64,000 nucleotides of DNA from Gracilinanus agilis (GCF_016433145.1 NC_058130.1:656681225-656745224), one strand, 5' to 3'. Shown: positions 11,543 to 24,539, counted from the stretch's first letter. Made by a program: numbers and translations. Notes: generated by a model from the letters alone, not told the origin.

Positions 11543-14500
11543 TGATGGCAGAGTAAAGGCTCAAACTTGGGTTCTTCCAAATTCTCCTCTAAACACATTA
11601 AAATAACACCTCAAAACAAATTCTGAAGTCACAGAACCCAAAAAAGGATGAGGCAAATCAATTTTCCAAGTCCAAAATAACTTAAAATATCAGTTAGAAG
11701 AATTTGTATCTTTGGAGTCCTGAAGAGGCCACACTAATGCAGATTTGAGCCTACAGCAGGCCTGGGAGGGGGAATGAAGGGAATGAATTGGTGGTATGGG
11801 GACTTCTGGGACATTCAGACTATGTAAAATAAGGAGGTCAAACAAATGATCAAAAGATTACATGGCACCCATAGTTGGCATGGTGAGGAGGCTTCTGTTG
11901 CTTTACCCACACATAGTTCCAAGGTAACAGTCCCAGAGTGAGGAGAAACACTATCAGGAATGAATATAGTTCTAAGGTGGAAATGGATATAGTTCAAGGT
12001 GGAAAAACATCCATGTGGTCACTCAGAGACCAAAGCACAAGGCAGATAATCAGTGACCATACTTCTCTTTATATCATGCCAACTTAGAAAAAATGAAAAC
12101 TTATAGACTCCTAGAACTGGATCTGAAAATAATAGCACAAAAAACCCTAAAGCTTGGGGCTCCCTATATCCTGGGAGCAGAGTCAAACTTTAATATAAAA
12201 CTAAAATTTAAAAAAAGGCTGGAAAAATGAACAAATAACAACCAAAATAAACCTAATCATAAAAAGTTCTTGTGGTTAAAAGGAAGGTCAAAACTCAAAC
12301 TCTGAGAAAGACCACAAAAACAAACAGCTGAAAACATAGCCTAAAAGAGAAATATTAATTGGTCCTAGGACCCCAAAAAGTTCCTTATAGAGTTAAAAAT
12401 ATTTAAAAATAAAATAGGAGAGGTAGGAGAAAGTTTGGGAAAATAAATGACAGTAAAGAAAGAAAAGTATGAAAAGACAGTCAACAGTTTAGTAAAGATA
12501 CAAAAAAATACTGAAAAAAAACCCTTAAAAATAGTGAAAAAGCCAAATCATAAAAGAAGCATAAAAATCAACTGAAGAAAGAACTCTTTAAAAAAGAACA
12601 ATTACACAAATGGAGAAAGAAGTACAAAAATTTAGTGAAGAAAAGAATCCTTTTGAAAGTAGAATTGGTCAAATGGAAAAGGAGGCACAAAAGCTCTTCA
12701 AAAGAATGAAAACAAAGTAGAGTAAAATGTGAAGTATCTCATTGGAAAAACAATTGACCTAGGAAATAGACTAAGGAAAGATAATTTAATTATTAAGAGA
12801 CTACCTGAAATAAAAGCTTAAAGAAAAGACTATGCATCATATTTCATGAAATTATAAAGGAAAGCTGCCTTGATTTGCTAGGGGGAAAAGGGTGAAAAAA
12901 GAAAGAATACAACAATGACCTAAAAGAGACATTAAAATGAAAACTCCCATGAATATTATAGCCAAATTATAGAATTCCCAGTTTAAGGAGAAAATATTGC
13001 ACACAACCAGAAAGAAACAACATAAATGTAATGGAGTTCCAGTTGGGATAATGCAAGATTTAGCAGCTTTTATATTAAAGAATGCGGTGAAGGTATTGGA
13101 ATATTAAATTCCAGAGGGGAAAGTGTCTAAGATCACAACCAACAATTAACTACCAGCCAAACTAAATATAATCCTTTAGAGGAAAAATAGATATTTAATG
13201 AAATTGAGGACTTTCAAGTATTCCTTTTTTTAAAAACAGAGATAAATAGAAAATATGACTTTTAAAACCAACATTCAAGAGAAGCATATAAAGACAAAAA
13301 AAAATCGTAAGGAATTGAATAAGGTTAAATTGTTTACATTCCTACATGGAAAGATAAAGTTTATAATTTCTAATAATTTTGTCATTATTAGGGCAATTAG
13401 AATAAGCATAGATAAAAACAAGACATGAGTGTAAGTTGACTATGATGGGATTAAATCACAAAATCCAAAATTAAAAACAAAAATCCAAAAAATAAAATTC
13501 AGGAACGAGAAAGAAGAATGTACTGGCAGAAGAAGGAAGAAAAAGGTGGAACTGGGTAAATTATTTCAAGTACGGAGGTCCAAAAGAGCTTTTACAGTGG
13601 AGGGGAAGATTGGGGTAAAAAACAATGCTTGAGTCTTACTCTCATAAGACTTGACTCAAAGAGTAAATAAATATCTTGGGTATAGAAACCCATACTCTAG
13701 TGAATAATAGAGTATAAAAGAAATGGAGGTTAATTGCAAGGAGGGACAATTGGGGGACTCAGTGGTCAGAAGCAAAACACTTTGGTGGAGAAAAAGGGTG
13801 AAAGGAGAGACAGAAGAATGAATAGAAAAGAAAAAGCAGAATAAAGAGAAACATAGGATTAATACTCATAAAAGTGTGATGAACTTACCTGCAAAATGGA
13901 AGTGGATCACAGAGCAGATTAAAAGATTTAGACATAAAGGATTGTGTTGTGAGCAAACTAAGGGAGCATGGAATAGTTTATTTGTCAAATCTATGGATAA
14001 GGGAAGAATTTACAATCAAACAAGAAGTAGATAGCACTACTAGATATAAAAGGATAATTATGATTATGTTAAATATGAAAGATTTTTTCACAAACCAAAG
14101 TAATGTAGCCACAATTATAAAGAAAGCAGAAAAATGGGGGAAATTTTTTCATAGTAATTTTCTCTGATTAAAATGTATAAGGATATAAGAAATTTCCCAA
14201 TTACTAAATGATTGGAGGACATGAACAGTCAGTTCTCAGAAAAAGAAATCAAAGCTCTATACAATCATATGAAAAAATGCTCTAAATCACTATTGATTAG
14301 AGAAACATAAAAACAATTCTGAGTTACCACATCACACCTATAAGATTGGATAACATGACACAAAAGCAAACTGATAAATGTTGGAGGGGATGTGGGAAAA
14401 CTGAGAGATATGAATTTTGTTGGGAGTTAAACTGATCTATTTGGGTGAGGAATTTGGAACTGTTCCCTAAGAACTATAAAATTGTGCAGTCTTTGACCTG

Positions 14501-15199
14501 GCAATAGCACTTCTACAACTGTATTCCAAAGAGCTAAAAAAAGGGAAAAAAAGAAAAGAAAAGAAAAGGACTTATTTTTATGAAAATATTTGTAACACTT
14601 CTTTTCTGGTTTCAAAGAACTGGGAATTGATGGGATACTATTAATTGGAAAATGGCTGAATAGCATATGAGTTTGATGAAATACTAACGTACTTTTTTTT
14701 AAGAAAAAGAATGCTTTCAGAAAAACTTTGAAAGACATATACAAACTGATGTAAACTGAAGTATACAAAATTAGGAAAACTTTATACATAGACTAGCAAT
14801 ATTATATGATGATCAACTGTGAATGATAGATATTCTCAGCATCATAGTGTTCTAGGACAATTCCAAAATACTCATGACCAAAAATGAAATTCACCTCAGA
14901 GAAAGAGCTGATGGAGTATGAATGCAAATCAAAGGACACTTTTTAAAATTTTTCTTTATTTTTCTTTTTTTTTATATTTTCTTTCACAACATGACTAATA
15001 TAGAAACATGTTTTATTTCACTACATATATATATATATATAAAATGTAAATCAAACTGCTTGTCTTCCCAATGAGGGGTAAGGAGAGGGAGGGAGAGGGG
15101 GAATTTGGAACTCAAAAAAATTTTAATTGTTTTTACATGAAATTGGAAAAAATAAAATTCAAACAAAAATAAATAGTTAATAAAGCAAATTGAAAAAGA
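11543..15199 (+). mobile_element. L1 with both ends but most of ORF2 deleted (5'UTR, decayed ORF1, spacer, start of endonuclease, ORF2 C-terminus, 3'UTR)
   Basis: Start gatggcagagtaaagg; ORF1-like 12200-13300; EN start jumps at ~13924 to gatttagacataaag; A-rich end; candidate TSD aaaagaaaggaaa (11530-11542, 15200-15212). Confidence 0.88.
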
Positions 15200-16009
15200 A
15201 AAAGAAAGGAAAGTCTATTAGAAGATTTTTAGCTTCTCAATCACTTGAGAAAATTGGACATGATATAAAACTTCTTACACTTCTTCTAACATCTTTCTCT
15301 GGCTTTCTATTGATCTAATATTATCTTTCTGAAATGTTCAAGTATGGTTTGCCCAGTTTCAAAATGCCCAAGGGTTCAAAATTATTTTTCCCATCTAATA
15401 TCCCATTCTCAGGGAGTAGATCTGCATTAGATTTTAGGAATGGAAAAGCAAGCTAATGAATTCTGGCTAAGTTTTGTTAATTTGCTTCAATTCCTTCAGA
15501 AATATTTGAATTTTAAAAGATGTTTAATTAATGATAACTCAAATGAATAATTAATTGTTGAAATTTAGTTATGGTAAGGCAAAATAAAACAAAAAAATTA
15601 AGGCATTGTGGGCAAAATTTTCTGGCCATTTTGGCCTAAAAATGTATTTTTGTTGCTAATGTAGATATCATGTATTTTTTATTGATATTATTGCTGCAAC
15701 TGCTATTATGTTGTTCAGTGGCAAAAAAGGAAGAAGTTTAATTTCATGACTCCACTTTAGATACAACTTTCCTTATTATGAGTTGACTGTTTACACAATA
15801 TCATTATAATCTTACTTTAACAATTCAGATATTACTGATGAAGAGAATAAAGAGACCACACAATTTGTAGATATTGCTTATTTTAAAAAATAAAGATATC
15901 TTAAATTTCCTGTTTCTATCAATGAAAAGAATTTTTTAATATTATATTCAGAAAATCAAAGAGGCAAACTGATTTTTTTAGTGACTTTCTTTTAAAAAAA
16001 AGTGAAACA

Positions 16010-16218
16010 GGGGGCAGCTGGGTAGCTCAGTGGATTGAGAGCCAGGCCTAGAGACGGGAGGTCCTAGGTTCAAATCTGGCCTCAGACACTTCCCAGCTGT
16101 GTGACCCTGGGCAAGTCACTTGACCCCCATTGCCTACCCTTACCACTCTTCTGCCTTGGAGCCAATACACAGTATTGACTCCAAGACGGAAGGTAAGGGT
16201 TTAAAAAAAAAAAAAAAA
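16010..16218 (+). mobile_element. SINE1_Mdo-type SINE, full length, long-tail form
   Basis: ggggcagctgggtagctcagtggattgagagccaggcctag head, A16 tail, TSD aaaaaaaag(t/g)gaaaca. Confidence 0.95.
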
Positions 16219-16274
16219 GGGAAACAAAAATTGAGCTAAATCAAGAGAGGAAATATTTATATGTTAGATGTGTG

Positions 16275-18340
16275 TTATTTTCTTCTTCATAAACCTGATA
16301 GGTAACATATTCCTTATTCTGATTTGTTTATAATACCTACTTTAAGACCTAGATCAATATATCCATTTTATCATGGCAAATAGTGTAAGAACTTCTTTAT
16401 CTAGTTTGTGCCAAACTGCTTTCCAGTTTCCCCCAAAATTTTTACAAAATAGTGAATTCTTGTGCCAAAATTTGAAACTTTACCTTTGTCAAACATAGGG
16501 TTTCAATAATTTTTTACAATATTTGTTCTATATCTAGACTGTTCCACTGTTCTATTTATTAGTACGTTTTATAATTACTATTTTATGTTATAATTTGAAA
16601 TATATACTGTTAGACCTTTTCCCTTAATATTTTTCATTATTTCCTTCAATAATTTTGACCTCTTGTTTTTCCAAATGATTTTATTTTATTTTTGTTGTTG
16701 TTCAATAATTTTTATTGGAAATTTAATTTGAATAATATTGAATAAGTAGATTAATTTACACATGATTATTTTAATTATATTGTCTCTGCCCACCCTTGAA
16801 GAATTAATATTTCTCCAATTATTTATATCTGATTTGTTAGTATAAAAATATTTTATAATTTATGTACATATCATTTCTGGATTTGTTTGGGAATATATAC
16901 TCCTAAATATTTTATTTTAACTACGTTTAATCTGAATGTGTTATCTCTTAATTATCTTTTCTTGCAGAAGGCTGTTAATGATACATAAAAAACTAATTAT
17001 TTGTATAGGTTTATTTTATATCCTGCTAATTTGTTATATTATTGATAGTTTTAATTGATTTTAATCAAATCTCTGGTATTTTGTATATATATCATAACAG
17101 CAAAGAGTTTTATTTCTTTAACCATTTTGGTACCTTCAATTAATTTTTCTTTCTTTTTTGATATTGCTAGCATTTCTGGTGCTAGTATTTTTATAGATTA
17201 CAAAATATTGGTGATAAAGATCATCCTTGTTTACTCCTTATTATTTATCTATCTATCTATCCATATATATGTATATGGAAACTTTCTAATTTACTCACAT
17301 CTATATAATTTTTGTTAATGGTTTAAAATATATATTTCTTATTAATATAAGGAAAAATCATTTATACATATTCTTTTAAAGTATTTAATAGAAGTGAGTG
17401 TTGTAATTTGTCAAAAACTTTCTGCATGTACTGATACAATAATATTATTTTTGTTACTTTTTTGTTTATGTAATCAATCATGTTAATCATTTATCTCACC
17501 TATATATGAGTTATAATCCTATTTGATCAAAAAGCATATTTTTGTGATATATTGTTGTAGTCTGCTGGGTATTTTTAACTTAGAATTGTTTGTACTTATA
17601 TTCACTAGTGAAACTGACAGAAATTTTTCTTTCTCTCTTGTTGCTCTTTCTGGTTTAGGTATCATGACCATATTTGTTTTATAAAAGAAGTTTGGCAGGA
17701 CTCCTTATTTAATGATTGTTCAAATGTATTTAATAGTGGAATTAGATGATCATTAAAATGTTTGATAAAAATCACTTGTAAATTCATCTGGTCCTGATGC
17801 TATTTTCTTAGGAAGTCCCTTTATGGTTTTTCTAAAATGAGTTTATTTAGATATTTTAGTTCTTCCTCTGACAATTTAGACAATTTATATTTTTCTAGCT
17901 ATTCATCTACTTAATTTATATTATTCAATTATTTGGCATATAATTGGGTAAAATAACCCCTAATAATTGTTTTGATTTCATCATCATTAGTGGTACATTC
18001 ACCCTTTACTTTTTTGATGGCAGTTATTCAGTTTTCTTCTCTCTCTTTTAAAAATCATCATTGACCAAATGGTTTGTCTATTTTTTTCATAAAACTCTTA
18101 GTTTTATTTATTAATTAAATTATTTTCTAATAATCAGCTCATTTACTCTCATCTTTAATTTTTAGGATTTCCTAGTTAGAACTTAATTGGGAAGTTTAAT
18201 TTGTTCTTTTTCTTTTTTTAAAATTATATACATAATCCATTGAGCTGTTCTTTCTCTATTCTATTGATATAAGCACTAAGAAATATACATTTCCCTCTGA
18301 TTACTGATTGCTATCATTTTCTTTAATAAAATTTTTTATT
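16275..18340 (-). mobile_element. L1 ORF2 fragment (post-endonuclease linker and RT), lacking its 3' end
   Basis: Typical antisense L1 ORF2 sequence, e.g. gccaaactgctttccagttt, tttaggtatcatgaccatatttg, cttgtaaattcatctggtcctg. Confidence 0.9.
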
Positions 18341-21213
18341 GGGGTGGATCCAAGACAGTGGAGTAATAGCATAGAAAATTAGACCTACTCTAAGAATCCT
18401 TTAAAACCAGGCTTAAAATAGCATCTTCAGGGCAGCTGGGTAGCTCAGTGGAGTGAGAGTCAGGCCTAGAGACAGGAGGTCCTAGTTTCAAACCCGGCCT
18501 TAGACACTTCCCAGCTGTGTGACCATGGGCAAGTCACTTGACCCCCATTGCCCACCCTTACCACTCTTCCACCTATGAGACAATACACCGAAGTACAAGG
18601 GTTTAAAAAAAAATAGCATCCTCAAAGCAAATACTTGGGTCATAGAACAAACAAGAGTTTGAAGTGAAGTAACTCTCCTATAGAAAAGAACTTTAAAAGT
18701 AGTCAGAGAGAGTCTATTTCACTGGAATGAGAGAGAATTGGAAGTAAAAGTACACACAAAAGAGTACTAACTGCCCACTTCCCACCTACCACACCAGGTT
18801 CTGAATATAGGCATAAGCTAACTCTGAGACCCCAGGAATCTGTCTAAGCCAATAGCAGAGAACCCCCCACACACTCTTTGAAGTCCCAATCCTTGGCAAA
18901 AGCTCAAAAAGGAATTCAAAAATAATATAAAGAGGTGGAAGAAAAATGAGGAAAGGAAATGAAAACAATACAAAAAGAAAATAACAGCTTAAAAAGTAGC
19001 ATCAGTCAAATGGAAAAAGAAACATGAAAACCAATAGTGAAGAGAATTTCTTAAAAAGGAGAACTGACCAAATGGAAAAGGAGATCCAAAAGGTCATGGA
19101 AGAAAATCATTTAAAAAATTAGAATTAGACAAATAGAAGTTAAAGACATAATGAGACACCAGAAACAATAAAACAAAATCAAAAGAATGAAAAAAAATAG
19201 AAGAAAATATTAAATATCTCATTAAAAAAACCGACCTGTAAAATAGATCCAGGGAGAAAAATCTAAGAATTATTGGACTACCTGAAAGTTATGATAAAAA
19301 AAATCAAAAACTAGATATCATATAGCAAGAACTTATCAAAGAAAACTTTCCTGATATTTTTGAACAGGAAAAAAATAGAAATTGAAAGACTCCATCAGTT
19401 ACCTCCTGTAATAAATCCCCAAATGACAACTCCTAGGAATATTATAGCTAAATTCCAGATGCTACCAGGGCAAGAAGAAAATACTACAAGCAGCCAGAAA
19501 GAAACAAGCCAAACATCATAGAGTCACAGTCAGGATTACACAGGACTTAGCAGTTTCTATATTAAAAGATTGAAATGCTTAAAATATGATATTTCATATG
19601 GCAAAGGAAATAAGTTTATAACCAAGAATTAATAATCTAGAAAAATTGAGTATACTCTTTTAGGAGCCAAAATGGTCATTTAATAAAGTAGAAGATATCC
19701 CAGTATTCCTAATGAAAACACCAGACCTAAAAAGAAAATTTGATGTTGAAATACAAGAATCAAGAGAAGCATAAAAAGGTAAAAAAGGAAGAAAATTTAA
19801 GGGTCTCAAATGAGAAAGAATTGTTTGTATTCCTAAATGTAAAGGTGATATTTGTAACTTTTAAATTGTTTAACATTATCATAATAGTTAGATGTGTACA
19901 TAGATGATGTGGGAGTAAGATGTTTAAGTTGACATGCAAAAAAATGTCAAGGGGTGAAAAAGAGACTGCACTGAGGGAAAAGAGAAGTAAGATGTGGTAC
20001 TTTATATCATCTAAAGAGATGTGAAAAAAATCCAACTATTATAGTAGAAGGGAGGATGAGAAGGTTATGGGCATTAACCTTACTTTAATTGGAATTAGCT
20101 CAGAGAAGGAATAAGCAATAGGGACCAACAATAGGTAATAAACCAGACTCATTAGAATATAGAATCCTATATAACCCCATAAAAAGAGTAGGTGGAGAAT
20201 AAGAAGGGTAGTGGTAGGGAGGGGAGTAATATAAGGGAATAAAAATTGATGAGGAGGGTGATTAAAAGCAAAACACTTGTGTGGAGGGACAAAGAAAAAG
20301 GACAAGGTGTGGGATCAAAAGGGGGGAAATAAAATGGAGGGGAATATACAGATGGTAATTATAACTGTGAATGCAAATGGGATGAACTCACCCATAAAAA
20401 GGAAGCAGGAACTAGAGTAGATAAAAACCAGAATTCTATGATATGTGGTTTACAAGAAACACATCTGAGTGAGAGACACACAGAGTAAAGGTAAGGGGAT
20501 GGAGCAGAATATATTGGGCTATAACTTAGATTATTTTTTAAAAAGCAGGAGTAAGAAACATGATCTCAGACAAAGCTCAAGCAAAAATAGATCCAATTAA
20601 AAGAGATAAAAAAGGAAATTATATCTTGAAAAAAGCGAATAAAGAAAATATAGTAATATCAATACTTAATATTTATACAACAAATGGTGTAGCCTCCATA
20701 TTTTTAAAGGAGAAAGTAAATAAGCTTAAGGAATAAATAGACAGTAAAGCTAGGACCTTTACTTTCCCTTCTCAAACTAGATAATTTAATCAAAAAATAA
20801 ACAAGAAGGCAATAAAGTGAATTAAATTTTAGAAAAGTTAGATTGAATAGATCTTTGGAGAAAACAAAATGGGGATAAAAAGAATAACCTTCAAAAGTAT
20901 ATGGTACATACAATAAAATTGACCATGTACTACAGCATAAAAACTTCACAACCAAATATAGAAAATCAGTAATAATGAATACAATCTTTTTAGGTCATAA
21001 TGCAATAAAAATGATCATCAACAAGGGTTCATGAAAAACAGATTAAAAACTAATTGGAAATAAATAATCCTAAAAAAGGGGTGGGTCAAAAACAAATTAT
21101 TGATACAATCAATGATTTCATTAAAGGGAATGACAGTGAAGAGACAAATATCAAAATTCATGGGATTATAGCTAAAGCAGTATTTAGGGCAAAATTCATA
21201 TCTCTGAATGCTT
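18341..21213 (+). mobile_element. 5'-intact L1 (5'UTR, ORF1, spacer, endonuclease) truncated at the KFISLNA motif
   Basis: Starts ggggtggatccaagacagtggag; ORF1-like 18950-19770; EN start ataactgtgaatgcaaatgggatgaactcacccataaaa at ~20360; ends aaaattcatatctctgaatgctt. Confidence 0.9.
18430..18613 (+). mobile_element. SINE1_Mdo-type SINE (short-tail form) inserted in the L1 5'UTR
   Basis: Full head and tail; 15-bp TSD aaaatagcatc(t/c)tca (18415-18429, 18610-18624). Confidence 0.95.
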
Positions 21214-21445
21214 CAAGTTTGAATAAAATGTAATGAGTTAAAAAATAAAATCATACAGGAAAGAAAAAAATTCTAATCATCTCATCTAAAAGAGAATGAA
21301 TCATTACCATAGTTCCATCCTCTACCTCTCTTCATTGTAACATCTCTTTTATTCATTCTCTTTTAGATGAGATGATTAGAATTTTTCTTTCCTGTATGAT
21401 TTTATTTTTTAACTCATTATATTATATATTATTCAAACTTGAAGC
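21210..21445. repeat. Long near-perfect inverted repeat (arms 21210-21301 and 21351-21445, 49-nt loop)
   Basis: Left arm is the reverse complement of the right arm apart from about one substitution, a 5-nt indel and a 2-nt homopolymer indel. Confidence 0.95.
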
Positions 21446-22131
21446 TTTTATGTATAAATGCACCTCCAAACTGACCAGTTAGTGCTATCATTCAAAAGGT
21501 TTGAACATATTATTTTCTAATGTGAAAAATAAATATTTTAAACTTACTAAACCCTTTATAATTAATCTTTCAGGTTATCTCCTAATGTTTCTTCTCATTT
21601 TTTGTGTATCAAATATTTCATTCAGTTATGGACTTTTCTTCAAGAATATTTTAGTCTTTTATTTTTTAAATGACTATTTATTTTCTTGTATGATACTTAG
21701 CTTTTTGGGTAGGTTATTCTTTATTGTAAACCAATCTCTTTTACCCTTCAAAATGTTGTATTCTATGAACTTTGGTGTTTTAATGTAAAAGTTTCTAAAT
21801 CTTGTATTATCCTTACTGTATCCCCACAGTATTTGAACTTTTTTTTTTGTTGCTCACAGTTTATTCTCCTTAAGGTGGGAGTCACAAAACTTTGCTATAA
21901 TGTTCCTGGGTGTTTTCTTCTTGAGAATCTATTACAGGTGATGATTGATGGTCTGTTTCTAAGTTCTACTTTTTCTTCTAGTTCCAAAAATCCAGAGCAA
22001 TTCTCTTTCTTATTTCTTTAACTTTCAAGGAAATTAGTAATCTATTGAGGAAACAATATATACATGTACAAATATATACAGGATAGGTACAAAATAAACA
22101 CAAAGTAGCAAAATGCAAGCTAGTTAGGGAG

Positions 22132-22839
22132 TGTGAATATGGGATTAATTTTCCCCTGCCCATTTTTAGATTTAATCACTAGAAGAGTAAACACCCCATT
22201 TATCCTTAAGTATGGGGAAGTCTGTGACCCACAAGTGGTATAATGAATGACCAATCAGAATCAACTGACTGGCCCCTGGGCAGTCCTCAGCAAACCTTTA
22301 GTTGTCATTGGTACTCGTAATGTGGGAGGAAGGCACAGGAGGTGATGAAAGGAATGGTCTTTATAAGTGGCAAAAACTTCCTATAAGGAGGTCTTTCACT
22401 TTCAACTTGACCCTGGAAGATCTCTAGCTGAGGACCTTGGACTGCATTCTATTTTCTCTTAGAACTACCACATGGCTAGTGAAAAAAGGTTGACTGCCTT
22501 TCTTGTCTTGTTCTGAAAGTACTAGCCTCTGAAGAGGCCCCCCATTTCACAGGAGGCCTTGTGGCTAAATCCTTGTTTAATTGACCTCTAGGCCCTTTGG
22601 CTGCGGCTTCTGGAGTCCTGCCAAAGTAAAGCCAGGGCTTAAGCAAAGAGTCTAGCTTATTAAGCTAGATTTCTTATTTCTTATTTCCCTCTTTCTCATT
22701 TCTCTACTTTCATTCTTTACTTCTATTTTATAAATAAATTGATAAAAATCATTTGGAATTGAGTAATTCCTGGCTACCACACTCTGATAAATTTAGTCTA
22801 ACTCTTTTATTTTTACCCCTTACATTTCTGGCCCTTACA
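22132..22839 (+). mobile_element. Solo ERV LTR (ERV1-like), ~708 bp
   Basis: TG...CA termini; 4-bp TSD GGAG (22128-22131, 22840-22843); CCAAT at 22251, TATA-like tttataa at 22360, AATAAA at 22733. Confidence 0.75.
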
Positions 22840-23060
22840 GGAGGAAGGGCATTACAAGGCTTTAAAAAACAATTTCCACTCTCTTCCTCTTTTTGGTAGC
22901 CTTCTCTCAGCTTTTTTCCCAACTGTGCAGGAATAATTTTCTTCAACAATTTCTTGAAGGACAGTGTATTTAAACTCTTTTTTGATTGTAACTTTCAGGT
23001 ATTCTAAGAATTATTATATTGTCTCTTCTCAGTTTCCTAGGTAATATGTGAAAGACAATA

Positions 23061-23492
23061 TGTAGGGGATTTTTATACTGAGTTCAGACTCTAGCCCTGG
23101 TATAACCAGCATCAGCAATGGTGCCCCTAGAGTCAACATGCCAGAGCTAGTGTAACATCACCAAGGAAGGGCAAACAGCATGAGAGTCATTGTTCAAGGA
23201 AAGGGAGGTGGAAGTGCTAGGGTTTTTTAAGGAAGGACGGAAAGCCCTTTAGCACTTTTGGCTTCCATACCTGGACAGACTTTTTCTCTCTGTGTTTGAC
23301 TGATTTGGGCTCTAATGTGACAAGCCTCAGTGGCATGACCTTAGGCAGCCAAATGGGGAATCAGATTTAGTTAGGTTTTTGCTCTCTCTCTCTCTTTCTT
23401 CACTCTTTCTCTTTACTAATAAATGCTTCTAAATCTGGTGATAAGCCTATAGATAAATTTTTATTTGTGATAGTAAGTTGCTTTTGTAAAAA
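23061..23492 (+). mobile_element. Probable second solo LTR inside L1 ORF1
   Basis: Starts TGTAGG; AATAAA near the 3' end; 4-bp AATA on both sides; L1 ORF1 resumes after it; terminal CA not intact. Confidence 0.55.
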
Positions 23493-24539
23493 AATATTTC
23501 TATCTTCTTTCATTTTTTTATTCAATTTTACTATTTCTCGTTGTCTTAAGAAGTAAGTTATCAACTTCCTCTTGGCCAATTCTCATTTGTAATGAATTCT
23601 TTTCTTCACTGAGTTTTTGGATTTCTTTTTCCAACTGATTGATCTTTAATAATTCTCTACATATTTTTCTCAACCTCTCTCATTTGGTTTTTGAAATCTT
23701 TTTTAAGCTCTTCCAATAACTCTTTTTGAGCTTATATCCATTTAAAATTTTCCTTTAAAGTTTTATAAGTGGATGTTTTAATTTCACTATTTTCTAAATT
23801 AGGACTCTGATCTTTATTTCCAAAGAAGCTATATATGACTGGGGTCTTTCCCTTTAGCTTACCCATTTCTCTTATTTTTCATTTTTAGCAGCTTATTCCT
23901 TAATTATCAATTTTATACAAGTGCCAGGTTCTTCTCCCTATGCAGGGAAATAAAGTGACAGGGTTTGTTCTCCTTGTTATTTCCTGACATCTCTGAGGGA
24001 TCTTTGATCTCTTCATTCTTTTGATATCTATATTGAAGCAATGCTACCAATTTCAATACTCTTTTCCACAATGGTTTCTCCAGTGACTATAAGCATCTTC
24101 TTATCTCTCTGTCCTAGAGCAGCAATTAGGAACTCCATTCTCCCATGGTTCACTCACTTATGCTCCTCCCCTTCTTTAGCCAGTTTGACATATTATCTAG
24201 TCAGTGTACATAAGCCCACTGTCTTCTTCTCTCTGTTGGCTCCCCATATAGTTAGTTGCTTCATCTTCCACAGCTGCCTCCAGTCCCTGCCATTTGTTTA
24301 TTTAGTTATTAGAGAGTCATGTAGAGCCCTCCCAGATTCTTCTCAAATTGTTTCTCATTAGATAATTATTTCCTCTATTCTTAACCACCTTCACTATTTT
24401 AAAATTCACTCAGAGGCCCTATTTTTAACCATTTAAAGAGTGAGCAAATCTATTCCTCCATCATCTCAGAATAAACTTTTATTTTTTTATAATATTTTTA
24501 TTTCTGAAAACATCTCCCCTTCTCATTGCTAGACAGTAG

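Larger units (their letters stand above)
21302..24465 (-). mobile_element. Old 5'-intact L1 (5'UTR, ORF1, spacer) interrupted by two LTRs
   Basis: Antisense ORF1 sequence (gctataatgttcctggg, ctttcaggtattc, ttggccaattct); probable ORF1 ATG at 23866; L1-like 5' start near 24465. Confidence 0.7.
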
